Positions 39,363 to 50,872 are shown, counted from the stretch's first letter. The stretch is 64,000 nucleotides of DNA from Escherichia coli (GCF_011045215.1 NZ_CP049201.1); one strand, 5' to 3'. Numbers and translations are program-made. Notes: a model not told the origin generated them from the letters alone.

Positions 39363-40376
39363 TCACCTCTCCTCAACCAGCGGCACCATCACATCACGCG
39401 ACCAGGAAACCATCACCTGTTGTCCGGGCGTGAGCGTGGCAGGCAGTTCTTCGCCTGTCATATTGGCCTGACTCACAAGCAGTTTTTCACCGCCATTCAA
39501 TTTCAGTTCAAAACGGGTCGCTGCGCCCTGATATTGCACCGCCTGGATCGTGCCATTAGCCTGCATTTCGCCGGGGGTATTGAGACGGATATGTTCCGGT
39601 CGCAGGGCGAAGCTTCCCGTCATGCCGCAAAGATTCTCGGCCATTAGCGGATCAAAAACGTTGGATGTCCCGACGAATCCGGCAACAAACGGCGTGCGCG
39701 GGCGCATATAGAGATCGCGCGGGGAATCGACCTGCTCAATGCGTCCATTATTGAAAACCGCCACACGATCGGACATCGATAACGCTTCGCCCTGATCGTG
39801 GGTAACGAAGATAAAAGTGATACCGAGAGACTGTTGCAGTTTTTTCAGTTCCAGCTGCATCTGCTCACGCAATTTGAGATCCAGTGCGCCGAGCGGTTCA
39901 TCCAACAGCAATACGCGCGGTTCATTCACCAATGCTCTGGCGATAGCAACCCGCTGGCACTGACCACCAGAAAGTTGTGACGGTTTACGTTGCTGTACAA
40001 ACCCCAACGCCACTTTCTCCAGCGCCTCTTGCGCCATTGCGTGCCGCTGCTTTTTATTCACGCCTTTGACCATCAGCCCATAGGCGACATTGTCAAGAAT
40101 CGACATATGCGGAAATAGCGCGTAGTCCTGAAAGACAGTATTCACGTCCCGCTCCCACGGTGGCAGATTGCTGGCGGGTTTACCAAAGATAGAGATAGCC
40201 CCGCCGGAAAGCTGTTCGAAGCCAGCAATCAGGCGCAGGCAGGTGGTTTTGCCGGAGCCGGACGGCCCCAGCATAGAGAAGAACTCACCATCTTTTATCG
40301 CAATACTGACGCCATCTACTGCGCGCACGTCACCGTACAACCGCGAGACGTTGTCAAACTCCACTGCGTACGTCAT
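39363..40376 (-). CDS. ydcT: ABC transporter ATP-binding protein YdcT
   Basis: Walker A GPSGSGKTT, signature LSGGQ, Walker B LLLDEP. Confidence 0.9.
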   Translation of the reverse strand: MTYAVEFDNVSRLYGDVRAVDGVSIAIKDGEFFSMLGPSGSGKTTCLRLIAGFEQLSGGAISIFGKPASNLPPWERDVNTVFQDYALFPHMSILDNVAYGLMVKGVNKKQRHAMAQEALEKVALGFVQQRKPSQLSGGQCQRVAIARALVNEPRVLLLDEPLGALDLKLREQMQLELKKLQQSLGITFIFVTHDQGEALSMSDRVAVFNNGRIEQVDSPRDLYMRPRTPFVAGFVGTSNVFDPLMAENLCGMTGSFALRPEHIRLNTPGEMQANGTIQAVQYQGAATRFELKLNGGEKLLVSQANMTGEELPATLTPGQQVMVSWSRDVMVPLVEER

Positions 40377-40393
40377 AAAGCACCCCAGCGAAG

Positions 40394-41539
40394 TTAGCGA
40401 CCGCCCATAATGGCAATGTAATCCTGCGTCCAGCGACTGTAGGGAACAAACTTGCCCCCTTCTGCTATAGGCGTTTTCCAGAAGGCGATTTTGTCGAAAT
40501 AGTTAAAACCGTTGGTTTCACAACCTTTTTCGCCTAATAACGGACTGGCTTTACACCCTTGCGGCACTACCGGTAACGAGCCAAACCAGGCCGCCACATC
40601 GCCCTGCACTTTTGGCGTTAATGACCAGTTCATCCATTTGTAGGCGCAAACCGGATGTTTCGCTTCGCTATGCAGCATGGTGGTATCAGCCCAACCGGTA
40701 ACACCCTCCTTCGGGAAAACGGTAGCAACAGGCTGGCCTTCGGCTTTCAGGGCGTTGGCCTGATAGGGCCAGGCACTGGAAGCAACCACACCCTCGTTTT
40801 TGAAATCGCTCATTTGCACGGTAGTGTCATGCCAGTAGCGATGGATCAAACTGTGTTGAGCGCGCAGCACTTTCAGCACCGCCTGGTACTGTTCTTCGGT
40901 GAGTTGATACGGATCGCTGATGCCCAACTGCGGCTGAGTGGCTTTAACGAACAACGCAGCGTCCGCAATATAGATAGGGCCATCATAAGCCTGAACGCGG
41001 CCTTTATTGCTCTTGCCGTCCGGCAGATTTTGCTCAACAAAAACCACTTGCCAGCTATCCGGCGGCGTCGGGAAGGTTTTAGTGTTGTACATCAGCAGGT
41101 TCGGCCCCCATTGGTAAGGTGTGCCGTAAACTTTGCCGCCAACGTTAAACCAGTCGCCTTTAACCACGCGCGGATCGAGCGTTTTCCAGTTGGGAATCAA
41201 GGCGGTATTAATCGGCTGCACGCGTTTACCCATAATCAAACGCAGCGAGGCATCGCCGGATGCCGTAACCAGATCGTAACCCCCTTTGGTCATCAGACTG
41301 ACCATTTCATCGGAAGTCGCGGCGGTTTTAACATTCACCGCGCAGCCTGTCTCTTTTTCGAATTGCGTTACCCAGTCGTATTGTTTATCAGTTTGTCCGC
41401 GTTCGATATATCCCGGCCAGGCGATAATATCCAGTCGCCCTTCCGGTTTATCTAAATTGGTAGGCGGTTCGGCGGCGTGAGCGGTCATTATTGTCATGCT
41501 GAGCGCACACAGGCTGCTGCGGGCAAATGTCTTGCTCAT
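40394..41539 (-). CDS. ydcS: Periplasmic substrate-binding protein YdcS (polyamine-type)
   Basis: 381 aa with signal peptide; first gene of the ydcSTUV operon. Confidence 0.88.
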   Translation of the reverse strand: MSKTFARSSLCALSMTIMTAHAAEPPTNLDKPEGRLDIIAWPGYIERGQTDKQYDWVTQFEKETGCAVNVKTAATSDEMVSLMTKGGYDLVTASGDASLRLIMGKRVQPINTALIPNWKTLDPRVVKGDWFNVGGKVYGTPYQWGPNLLMYNTKTFPTPPDSWQVVFVEQNLPDGKSNKGRVQAYDGPIYIADAALFVKATQPQLGISDPYQLTEEQYQAVLKVLRAQHSLIHRYWHDTTVQMSDFKNEGVVASSAWPYQANALKAEGQPVATVFPKEGVTGWADTTMLHSEAKHPVCAYKWMNWSLTPKVQGDVAAWFGSLPVVPQGCKASPLLGEKGCETNGFNYFDKIAFWKTPIAEGGKFVPYSRWTQDYIAIMGGR

Positions 41540-41783
41540 AAGGTCTTACTCCTGTCGTAATTAATTGTTCAGCCGCCGTGCCGTAAAAATATCTCCTTGT
41601 TTAACCATAGACGGCGGCTTGCAGGCACACCTTCGCCCCTGAGAAAATTTAATCAGGTTGTGAGCTACCGCGCATTATGCCGTCTGTAAGGTTATCTTCT
41701 GGAGTATAGTCAAGGAGTTAGGAAATATGACTGCTATTCGAAATTCATATTACCCAATCTAAGAGGAATTAAATTAAACGCTA

Positions 41784-43190
41784 TTACAGCCGTTCTTGAA
41801 TAAGTTTGCCTAATTGTTTTACCGCCTGTTCTTCACGTTCTCCCCACTGCCACACGGTATTAAAACGAAAAAAACGTGACCAGTTTTCACCGGTAGAAAA
41901 CATTGTACCCGGCGCAATACTGATATGATGCGTCAGTGCCGCCAGGCTCAATTCGCCGGCATCTAACGGCTCGGGGAGCTCCAGCCAGAGAAAATAACCG
42001 CTGTCATTATGATGAATTTTCACTTCCGCAGGCAGATAACGCAGCAGTGCCTGCCAGGCACGTTGTTTACGTTCCGCAAGCTGGCGACGCAGGCGACGAA
42101 GATGGGCGTCGTATCGGCGCGTGGAAAGGTAATCCACCAGCGCAAGCTGCATCGGTGAGCTGGTGGAAAGCGTACTCATCAACTGCAAGCGTTGAATTTT
42201 ACGTGCATGTTTTCCGGCGGCGACCCAACCAATACGAAAACCAGGCACCAGACATTTCGAAAACGAAGAGCAATGCAAAACGCCATCGTGGCGATCCCAC
42301 GCTTTCGCAGGCAGCGGTTTTTCCCGTCCAAAATAAAGTTCGCTGTAAACGTCATCTTCAATCAGCGTTACGTTGTACTGATTGAGCAACGCCACCAGTT
42401 GTGCTTTTTTTTGCGGCGTTAAGGTAAATCCGAGTGGATTCTGGCTATTAGTCATCAGCCAGCACGCTTTCACCGGATACTCCTGCAACGCCAGTTCCAG
42501 CGCCTGAAGATCGATCCCTTCTTTAACATCCGTCGCCACCGATAACGCCTTCAGCCGTAGCCGCTCCAGCGCCTGCAACGCACCGTAGAAACAAGGATTC
42601 TCTACTATCACCCAATCGCCCGGTTCAGTTACCGCTTGCAAACTGAGGTTTAATGCCTCTAACGCCCCGGCAGTAATGACAATTTCATCAGGAGAAATGG
42701 TGATGCCCTGTAAGGCATAGCGACGGGCAATAGCCTGACGCAGTTCTGCGTTTCCTGGCGGCAAGTTTTCAATCACGCTCATCGCCGTGGCGGTTTTGCT
42801 TACCTGCGCCAGCGAGCGGTTTAGTTGTTGGAGGGGGAAAAGTCGCGGGTCGGGAAAGGCCGAGGCAAACGGAACGACCGACGGATCGCGACTGGCCTGC
42901 AACATATCAAAAATATAAGTGTTGATATCGACTGCTTCATCTCGAGTGACTGGAATGACTGGCGCTTTCGGCATTTTTATTGCCTGTGGCGCAACGTAAT
43001 AACCCGACTGCGGTCGTGCGATAATATATCCCTGACTTTCGAGCAACTGATAGGCATGGCTGACAGTCATAAAGCTCATGCCAGAAAGCGCCACCTGGTC
43101 ACGCAACGAAGGTAAACGATCGCCGGGTTGCCAGATACCCGACGCAATCTGCTCGCGTAATTGTTCTGCAAGCTGCTGGTATTTTTTCAT
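41784..43190 (-). CDS. ydcR: MocR-family transcriptional regulator YdcR (GntR HTH + aminotransferase-like domain)
   Basis: 468 aa; N-terminal HTH followed by a PLP-fold domain; synteny. Confidence 0.85.
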   Translation of the reverse strand: MKKYQQLAEQLREQIASGIWQPGDRLPSLRDQVALSGMSFMTVSHAYQLLESQGYIIARPQSGYYVAPQAIKMPKAPVIPVTRDEAVDINTYIFDMLQASRDPSVVPFASAFPDPRLFPLQQLNRSLAQVSKTATAMSVIENLPPGNAELRQAIARRYALQGITISPDEIVITAGALEALNLSLQAVTEPGDWVIVENPCFYGALQALERLRLKALSVATDVKEGIDLQALELALQEYPVKACWLMTNSQNPLGFTLTPQKKAQLVALLNQYNVTLIEDDVYSELYFGREKPLPAKAWDRHDGVLHCSSFSKCLVPGFRIGWVAAGKHARKIQRLQLMSTLSTSSPMQLALVDYLSTRRYDAHLRRLRRQLAERKQRAWQALLRYLPAEVKIHHNDSGYFLWLELPEPLDAGELSLAALTHHISIAPGTMFSTGENWSRFFRFNTVWQWGEREEQAVKQLGKLIQERL

Positions 43191-43268
43191 TATCGAATCG
43201 TAATTATGTGCAGATGATTCGGCAGTCTATATCAGTTGTTAAAAATGACAACTTTTCGTTAACTGTAA

Positions 43269-43706
<438 letters not shown>

Positions 43707-43730
43707 GTCATTAACCTTTTTAATTGGCGA

Positions 43731-43907
43731 TTAACTCAAACCGAGTTGTTTCAGGATTGCTTTACGCAATGGTTCTTTAATCTCATCGCAGGGGTGACGC
43801 GGCATGACACTGCGCCTCCCATGAAACCTGAGTTTCAAATGGTTGCTGCCATTCGCTACATCGACGCCCTGAGATTCGAGCCAACGTCTGAACTCGCTTT
43901 GTTTCAC
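43731..43907 (-). CDS. hicA: mRNA interferase toxin HicA (58 aa, GTG start)
   Basis: Hand translation of the minus strand gives (V/M)KQSEFRRWLESQGVDVANGSNHLKLRFHGRRSVMPRHPCDEIKEPLRKAILKQLGLS. Below the 60-aa cutoff of the ORF track. Confidence 0.8.
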   Translation of the reverse strand: MKQSEFRRWLESQGVDVANGSNHLKLRFHGRRSVMPRHPCDEIKEPLRKAILKQLGLS

Positions 43908-44128
43908 ATCGCCTCCCTGCCGCTGAGTATATCAACAAAGTAAACATTAGTGTTTACCTCCGTGTGTAATTTGCTCGAAAATAGCACTAAATCGCCGCAA
44001 CGGCAGAATGCAATGCAAAATCAGGAAGGAAGATTCCAGAATTTCTTTGCGCTAATTTGCAAAACTGAATAATAACCTCAAGAAACGATCGGCATCATAG
44101 CGGCAAAAGGTAAGAAAAAGGTGGCAGG

Positions 44129-44359
44129 ATGTTTACGAAGGCGTTATCGGTTGTCTTATTAACGTGTGCGCTGTTCTCAGGACAACTCATGGCAGGGCAC
44201 AAAGGACATGAATTTGTGTGGGTAAAGAATGTGGATCATCAGCTGCGTCATGAAGCAGACAGCGATGAATTGCGTGCTGTGGCGGAAGAGTCGGCGGAAG
44301 GTTTGCGCGAGCATTTTTACTGGCAAAAATCGCGCAAACCAGAAGCGGGACAACGTTGA
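44129..44359 (+). CDS. yncJ: Small exported protein YncJ (76 aa)
   Basis: Signal peptide MFTKALSVVLLTCALFSGQLMA. Confidence 0.8.
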   Translation: MFTKALSVVLLTCALFSGQLMAGHKGHEFVWVKNVDHQLRHEADSDELRAVAEESAEGLREHFYWQKSRKPEAGQR

Positions 44360-44366
44360 GTCGTTT

Positions 44367-44399
44367 GATGCCGGATGCGGCGTAACGCCTTACCCGGCA
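44367..44399. repeat. REP element downstream of yncJ
   Basis: gatgccggatgcggcgtaacgccttacccggca matches the REP consensus. Confidence 0.65.
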
Positions 44400-44450
44400 G
44401 GCAATATCATGCAGATTCAATAAGTTGTGAGTAACCAGAAAACTGGCGTT

Positions 44451-46454
44451 TTACCCTTTTCGCTTCGGCAATGTTTTCAGCAGCTCATCCGGACTTACGG
44501 ATGCCACTACGCTTCCCGGTAACGGCATTTTCAGTATGTGATTTTTGATTTTGCCAATGACGTGCATCTCGCATGGGCGGCAATCAAACTTTAGCGTTAA
44601 TACTTCATCGCCGTTTACCAGTTGCATTGGCGTCGCCTTCCAGCTTTTGATATTGCCTTTCGCCTGTTTCGGGCACAGATTAAAGGCAAAGCGCAGACAA
44701 TGCTTGGTGATCATCACCGGGACTTCGCCCTTCTCTTCATGTGCCTCATACGCCGCGTCAATCAGCTGCACACCATAGCGATGATAAAATTCACGCGCTT
44801 TCTGGTTGTAAACGTTCGCGAGGAAACTCAGATGCGTTTGAGGATAAACCGGCGCAGGATCAGCAACCGGTTTACGGCTGCCGCGCTGGTAACTGGCAAG
44901 ACGCGCAGCATCCAGCATGTCAGCAGCTTCACGGCGGAACTGGTTTAACAGACTGTTTGGTACAAACAGCGCCCCCGGCAAATTAATTTGCACATCGCGG
45001 GCGTAATAGATGGTTTGCCCCAGTTTTGCCAGACCATCCTTCAGATTGTTCATTGCTTTTTCGGCGTTATTGGCTTCGTCGAACTGCCCATCCAGCGTAT
45101 GCGTGATGCTGACCCCCTCTTCACTGGTGAGGGTCAGAATCAGTTGTTCCTGCCAGCCGCCCAGTTCAATGTCTACCGCCACCCGACGTTCGCTGGAGGT
45201 TTTTGTCAGTGCCTGCTGCCAGTTATGATCAAGATTACGGTTTAGTGGGTGATGCGGGCGAATTTTGTGCAAATCTGCTGGCATTTCATTGGGCCAGACG
45301 CGGTACTGATTTTCTCCGGTTTTCTCGACCGTATTGGCACGAAAACCGACGACTTCACGTTTAATCAACACGTTCAGGCCATCGCCATTTGCCAGTGGAT
45401 CGGTAACGGCAACATCGAGATGATCTTTCGCCACTTTCAATACTTCACCCACCGGCAGGCCGATAAATTTCGGCGAATCGAACGCGCCAATATCGCCTTT
45501 ACGGGCATTCACAAAATAATCTGTGCTACCACGATGGAAAGTCTTTTCCGTCGATGGAACAAAGAAATGTTCAGTACGACCTGATGAAGCGCGCGCCAGA
45601 TCGCCACGTTCTTCAATAATGGCATCCAGCATCTGGCGATAATGGGCGGTGATATTCTTCACGTAGCTCATATCTTTGTAACGCCCTTCAATCTTGAAGG
45701 AGCGTACGCCAGCATCAATCAGCGCGCCGAGGTTGGCAGTCTGATTGTTATCTTTCATCGACAGCAGATGTTTTTCATAGGAAACCACCCGCCCCTGATC
45801 GTCTTTCAATGTGTATGGCAAACGGCACGCCTGCGAGCAATCGCCACGGTTGGCGCTACGCCCTGTTTGCGCATGAGAAATGTAGCACTGACCCGAATAG
45901 GCCACGCACAATGCGCCATGAATAAAGAATTCAATGGTCGCGTCCGTGGCCTGGTGAATCGCGCGGATCTGCTCAAGATTCAGCTCTCGCGCCAGCACAA
46001 TCTGCGTGAAGCCAACATCAGAGAGGAACTTCGCTTTTTCTACTGTACGAATGTCGCACTGCGTACTGGCGTGCAGTTCAATCGGCGGAATATCAAGTTC
46101 CAGAATCCCCATATCCTGAACAATCAGCGCATCGACACCGGTCTGGTAGAGGTCGGTAATCAGCCGTTGCGCGGGTTCCAGCTCATCATCATGCAAAATG
46201 GTGTTAAGTGTGACGAAAATTTTTGCACCATAACGATGGGCAAACGGCACCAACTCGGCAATATCTTTCAGGCTATTACTGGCATTATGACGGGCACCAA
46301 AACCAGGGCCGCCGATATAAACAGCATCGGCACCGTGCAAAATAGCTTCGCGGGCAATGGCGGCATCGCGTGCCGGGCTTAACAGTTCAAGTCGATGAGA
46401 AGATACGGTCACATTCTTATCCAGTAGCTGAAAAATGGCGGCTATTTTAGCCAC
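44451..46454 (-). CDS. rlhA: Peptidase U32-family protein YdcP / RlhA (23S rRNA 5-hydroxycytidine synthase); exact start uncertain
   Basis: About 660 aa U32 family protein; synteny between yncJ and ydcN. Confidence 0.85.
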   Translation of the reverse strand: MAKIAAIFQLLDKNVTVSSHRLELLSPARDAAIAREAILHGADAVYIGGPGFGARHNASNSLKDIAELVPFAHRYGAKIFVTLNTILHDDELEPAQRLITDLYQTGVDALIVQDMGILELDIPPIELHASTQCDIRTVEKAKFLSDVGFTQIVLARELNLEQIRAIHQATDATIEFFIHGALCVAYSGQCYISHAQTGRSANRGDCSQACRLPYTLKDDQGRVVSYEKHLLSMKDNNQTANLGALIDAGVRSFKIEGRYKDMSYVKNITAHYRQMLDAIIEERGDLARASSGRTEHFFVPSTEKTFHRGSTDYFVNARKGDIGAFDSPKFIGLPVGEVLKVAKDHLDVAVTDPLANGDGLNVLIKREVVGFRANTVEKTGENQYRVWPNEMPADLHKIRPHHPLNRNLDHNWQQALTKTSSERRVAVDIELGGWQEQLILTLTSEEGVSITHTLDGQFDEANNAEKAMNNLKDGLAKLGQTIYYARDVQINLPGALFVPNSLLNQFRREAADMLDAARLASYQRGSRKPVADPAPVYPQTHLSFLANVYNQKAREFYHRYGVQLIDAAYEAHEEKGEVPVMITKHCLRFAFNLCPKQAKGNIKSWKATPMQLVNGDEVLTLKFDCRPCEMHVIGKIKNHILKMPLPGSVVASVSPDELLKTLPKRKG

Positions 46455-46484
46455 AAGCGCGACGTTGCGAAATAGTTTTCCCGC

Positions 46485-47036
46485 TTAACTGCGCGGGTAA
46501 TGGATGAGGGAATGAAAATGTACGGTTTGCTCCCCACCATTACGATAGACATGCGTGACGTCTGCAGCAAATCGAACGCCTTCCCCACAATTAAGGCTCT
46601 GCCATTCACCATCAACGCACAGATCAAGTTGTCCATCAATGACGACGACATGTTCGATTACCCCCTTCTCATGGGGCGTCGATTCGCTTATTGCACCGGG
46701 TGCCATCTGAATCGAGAAGTGTTCAAAGCAGAGTTGTGGATCATAAGGAAACAGCGAAGTGATCACCATCGCCTGCTGTTGTGGATCATAAACTGAAGGC
46801 GTAGCGGACTGTGGCGGAGAAATAAATGTCGAAAATGGCACGTTCAACCCAGTGGCAATTTTCCATAATGTCGCGACCGTCGGGCTGGACTCATTACGCT
46901 CAATCTGTCCTAACATTGCTTTAGAAACGCCCGTCGCTTCTGCCAGTCGCGAAAGACTCCAGCCGCGCTGCTGACGTAGTTGTTTAAGTGTGGTGGTAAA
47001 AAGCGAGCGAGATTTTCCATGCGACTCCTCCGGCAA
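46485..47036 (-). CDS. ydcN: XRE-family HTH regulator with cupin domain, YdcN
   Basis: N-terminal HTH (LKQLRQQRGWSLSRLAEATGVSKAMLGQIER) and C-terminal cupin. Confidence 0.85.
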   Translation of the reverse strand: MPEESHGKSRSLFTTTLKQLRQQRGWSLSRLAEATGVSKAMLGQIERNESSPTVATLWKIATGLNVPFSTFISPPQSATPSVYDPQQQAMVITSLFPYDPQLCFEHFSIQMAPGAISESTPHEKGVIEHVVVIDGQLDLCVDGEWQSLNCGEGVRFAADVTHVYRNGGEQTVHFHSLIHYPRS

Positions 47037-47111
47037 AACGGAAGTTTATCACTTGTGCGTTATAACGGACAAATGCTACGGTACCTGTACGCTATAACGC
47101 ACGAGGTGACT

Positions 47112-48284
47112 ATGCGTCTGTTTTCTGTTCCTCCACCCACGCTACTGGCGGGGTTTCTGGCGGTATTAATTGGCTACGCCAGTTCAGCGGCAATAATCTG
47201 GCAAGCAGCGATTGTCGCCGGAGCCTCCACTGCACAAATCTCTGGCTGGATGACGGCGCTGGGGTTGGCAATGGGCGTCAGTACGCTGACTCTGACATTA
47301 TGGTATCGCGTACCTGTTCTCACCGCATGGTCAACGCCTGGCGCGGCTTTGTTGGTCACCGGATTGCAGGGACTAACACTTAACGAAGCCATCGGCGTTT
47401 TTATTGTCACCAACGCGTTAATAGTCCTCTGCGGCATAACGGGACTCTTTGCTCGTCTGATGCGCATTATTCCGCACTCGCTTGCGGCGGCAATGCTTGC
47501 CGGGATTTTATTACGCTTTGGTTTACAGGCGTTTGCCAGTCTGGACGGTCAATTTACGTTGTGTGGAAGTATGTTGCTGGTATGGCTGGCAACCAAGGCC
47601 GTTGCGCCGCGCTATGCGGTAATTGCCGCGATGATTATTGGGATCGTGATCGTTATCGCGCAAGGTGACGTTGTCACAACTGATGTTGTCTTTAAACCCG
47701 TTCTCCCCTCTTATATTACCCCTGATTTTTCGTTTGCTCACAGCCTGAGCGTTGCACTCCCCCTTTTTCTGGTGACGATGGCATCGCAAAACGCACCGGG
47801 TATCGCAGCAATGAAAGCAGCCGGATATTCAACTCCTGTTTCGCCATTAATTGTATTTACTGGATTGCTGGCACTGTTTTTTTCCCCTTTCGGCGTTTAT
47901 TCAGTCGGTATTGCGGCAATCACCGCGGCTATTTGCCAAAGCCCGGAAGCGCATCCGGATAAAGATCAACGTTGGCTGGCAGCTGCCGTTGCAGGCATTT
48001 TCTATTTGCTCGCAGGTCTGTTTGGTAGTGCCATTACCGGGATGATGGCTGCCCTGCCCGTAAGTTGGATCCTGATGCTGGCAGGTCTGGCTCTGCTAAG
48101 TACTATTGGCGGCAGTTTGTATCAGGCGCTGCATAATGAGCGTGAGCGAGACGCGGCGGTGGTGGCATTTCTGGTAACGGCAAGTGGATTGACGCTGGTC
48201 GGGATTGGTTCTGCGTTTTGGGGATTAATTGCCGGAGGCGTTAGTTACGTGGTGTTGAATTTAATCGCTGACAGAAACCGATAA
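47112..48284 (+). CDS. ydcO: BenE-family transporter YdcO
   Basis: MRLFSVPPPTLLAGFLAVLIGYASSAAIIW; 390 aa multi-TM protein. Confidence 0.85.
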   Translation: MRLFSVPPPTLLAGFLAVLIGYASSAAIIWQAAIVAGASTAQISGWMTALGLAMGVSTLTLTLWYRVPVLTAWSTPGAALLVTGLQGLTLNEAIGVFIVTNALIVLCGITGLFARLMRIIPHSLAAAMLAGILLRFGLQAFASLDGQFTLCGSMLLVWLATKAVAPRYAVIAAMIIGIVIVIAQGDVVTTDVVFKPVLPSYITPDFSFAHSLSVALPLFLVTMASQNAPGIAAMKAAGYSTPVSPLIVFTGLLALFFSPFGVYSVGIAAITAAICQSPEAHPDKDQRWLAAAVAGIFYLLAGLFGSAITGMMAALPVSWILMLAGLALLSTIGGSLYQALHNERERDAAVVAFLVTASGLTLVGIGSAFWGLIAGGVSYVVLNLIADRNR

Positions 48285-48290
48285 TAAAAA

Positions 48291-48310
48291 GCGCCATCTA
48301 ACGATGGCGC
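48291..48310. terminator. Hairpin terminator between ydcO and ydcL
   Basis: gcgccatc-taac-gatggcgc perfect inverted repeat. Confidence 0.55.
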
Positions 48311-48318
48311 AACTGGTA

Positions 48319-48987
48319 TTACTTTTTGTTAACGTCAAACATGGTGGCATCGGTCGCCATGTCATCAATAACTTGTTTAATATTTTCGAAAGCCATTGGC
48401 GTACTTTCGTTATTCAGGTCTTTACCTTCGCCCTGACGAACGACTTTGATAACCGGTTTATTAGTCGCTGCATCAATCAGCTCACCTTCAAAATAGAGGC
48501 GAGTATCCATGGTACGGTGGCCTGTAGCCATTTGCGTCCCCGCAACCACTAATGCAACAGGAACCACTTCATAGAATTGCAGCCCTTCTTTGCTGGTATC
48601 TACACCGGTAATGGCCCCACGGAAAATCAGACTACGCGGCCCAGCGGTGGTAACCAGTGGTTTACGCTGCGCTATCGCTTCTTTCATTTCGGTGTTGGTA
48701 TAGTTCAAAATTTTATCCAGAACTTTCTGCCCTACCTGGGTTGAAGGTTTCGGTACCGGATAATAAGTGATTGGGTTCCAGACGATGCTGTCATATTTGC
48801 TTTGATCAAAACTCGGGTCTACCCAACGTAAAACCGGTTTACCTGTAGCCGAGGTTGTTTCTTTTAAATCAGAGTAATTGTTTAAAAAACCAGAATATTT
48901 ATCTGGCTGGGTGATTTTAGAGGCACAACCAGACAGAGCCAACAAGCCGCATAAAGCTGCAACTTTCGCAAATGATGTGGTACGCAT
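48319..48987 (-). CDS. ydcL: Lipoprotein YdcL (222 aa)
   Basis: Lipobox LALSGC in MRTTSFAKVAALCGLLALSGCASK. Confidence 0.85.
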   Translation of the reverse strand: MRTTSFAKVAALCGLLALSGCASKITQPDKYSGFLNNYSDLKETTSATGKPVLRWVDPSFDQSKYDSIVWNPITYYPVPKPSTQVGQKVLDKILNYTNTEMKEAIAQRKPLVTTAGPRSLIFRGAITGVDTSKEGLQFYEVVPVALVVAGTQMATGHRTMDTRLYFEGELIDAATNKPVIKVVRQGEGKDLNNESTPMAFENIKQVIDDMATDATMFDVNKK

Positions 48988-49289
48988 GAATAGTTTCCTG
49001 AGATGATTATATTACTTTTTAAGTTATAGCAAAAAGCGCCGCTTCGTGTTGTGGCAAAAAAAGTGTTGGTGAAAATAAATTTTTTAGCCCCTTTTCAGAC
49101 GACATAGTCAATGCCGAAAAAGGGGCTAAGTCAATCATCAGTAGTTAAATTTCAGTAAGTTAAGCTGCTAAAAAACTTCGACTACTGTGATTAATTTCAC
49201 ATCCCTTCGATAAAAAATATGCTTACCGAAAAGAAGAACAGTAAACCATCTCAGCGTGGGGAATTTTCACGTGCTTTGTTCTTACCGGG

Positions 49290-49883
49290 TCATTTTTTAC
49301 GTGCCAGCATCGTGGCGAAACGCAGTTTAATACGATTACCGTTGGCGTCGGTGCGGTGCAGCTCGCCGACGTCCTCATTGTATTTCACCATCTCCCAGTC
49401 TTCGTAATATCGACGTAATTCTCCCTCTTTGAAGGCAAATGGGAAGCCGACGGTACATGGATAATCAGCGGTATCCATCGCCGCCACAATCAGGTTGTAA
49501 CCGCCAGGTTTCGTGCAACGTTGCATATTGGCAATCAGCCCTGGGATGGTTTTAGCCTCAAGGAACATCAGCACCACAGTCGAAAGAATAAAATCGTACT
49601 GTCCAGCAAATGTGAGGTTATTCAGATCAACGACCCGGGTGTGTAAATTATCCAGATTTTCAATAGATTTAATGCGCTCGACGTTGGCGATACTCATGGC
49701 ATTTTTATCCCATGCGTCAACATCATAACCATTGGCTGCCAGGTAAAGACTGTTACGACCATTGCCACAGCCCAGATCCAGCGTTTTACCCGGTTTAACC
49801 ACTTTCACCGCTTCCAGTACTTCAGAGTGTGTGCGGGTTAATTCATATTTATCAGTAAAATAGTTTTCGTCACGAATGATCAT
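49290..49883 (-). CDS. tehB: Tellurite methyltransferase TehB (SAM-dependent)
   Basis: 197 aa; SAM motif [15 protein letters not shown]. Confidence 0.9.
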   Translation of the reverse strand: MIIRDENYFTDKYELTRTHSEVLEAVKVVKPGKTLDLGCGNGRNSLYLAANGYDVDAWDKNAMSIANVERIKSIENLDNLHTRVVDLNNLTFAGQYDFILSTVVLMFLEAKTIPGLIANMQRCTKPGGYNLIVAAMDTADYPCTVGFPFAFKEGELRRYYEDWEMVKYNEDVGELHRTDANGNRIKLRFATMLARKK

Positions 49884-50872
49884 TCTTTGTCCTCTGCTTT
49901 CATTAAAACGGCGCGCTCGGTTCTGACTAACAATTTTCCCTGCATCAGAAGCGCAAAAGTACGGATGAGCAGTATTGCAATAATAAAATTGGTAAAGATA
50001 AACAGCGGCACCGCCAGCGTATGGAAAAATCCATTATCGCTGCCACTCCCCAGATGCAAACCGGTGGTTGCCAGTGCAGATACGCCGAACGAGAAACTCC
50101 AGAATGAAGCATTAAATGGCTGGGAGAGATACCATGGCATCAGACGTAGCATAAACAGCAGTTGCAGCAGTCCATAACCGAAAAGCATTTTCGCCAGCGT
50201 GTCACCCTCGCCGCCGTTGACGCTCAGCCAGGCACTACAGGCCACCAGCGCAGGAGCGAGTTGAATGCCGAGAGATGTCCGCAGTGCCGTGGGTAATTCT
50301 CCCGAACTGCGCAGACGCTGCAAGATCACCGGTTCAAGGCTTAGCCATGAGAAAACGCCTGCGCCTAAAAACACCAGACCGGCGTCGGTGTAGCCCAACG
50401 CACCACAGGCCATTGCGCTGATAAAGTTGTTGGCAACTGTCGGCAGATACAGTCCAGGCGTGGTAGCTTCTTCAGGGTGAGATCCGCGCCATAATCCCGC
50501 AGTTTGCCAGGCGGCATAAGCCAACTGAACCACGACACCAAAACTGAACAGGCACACCGCCAGTGGGCGAAACCACGGAACAAAACCAATCGCCACCAGC
50601 ATCGTCGTTGCCGGAAACAAACTCACAAAACTGCTCAGCACTGGATGGCGAACTTCCGCCAGCACGCTATGCGGAAAGCGTATGAGTCGGGTAATAAATG
50701 CGCTAGTCAATAATCCCCAGATGATCATCGCCAGAATCACCAGCCCATCCCCTAACCAGTGGCTGACCTGCCAAACCTGGCTGGCATAGCGCCAGGCAAA
50801 TCCCATCCCTATCGTCCCCAACACAATACCAAAGTAGCCTGCCGGCAAATTGAGCACTTTATCGCTCTGCAT
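49880..50872 (-). CDS. tehA: Tellurite resistance / dicarboxylate-transporter-family membrane protein TehA (330 aa)
   Basis: [30 protein letters not shown]; 3' end overlaps tehB start. Confidence 0.9.
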   Translation of the reverse strand: MQSDKVLNLPAGYFGIVLGTIGMGFAWRYASQVWQVSHWLGDGLVILAMIIWGLLTSAFITRLIRFPHSVLAEVRHPVLSSFVSLFPATTMLVAIGFVPWFRPLAVCLFSFGVVVQLAYAAWQTAGLWRGSHPEEATTPGLYLPTVANNFISAMACGALGYTDAGLVFLGAGVFSWLSLEPVILQRLRSSGELPTALRTSLGIQLAPALVACSAWLSVNGGEGDTLAKMLFGYGLLQLLFMLRLMPWYLSQPFNASFWSFSFGVSALATTGLHLGSGSDNGFFHTLAVPLFIFTNFIIAILLIRTFALLMQGKLLVRTERAVLMKAEDKE

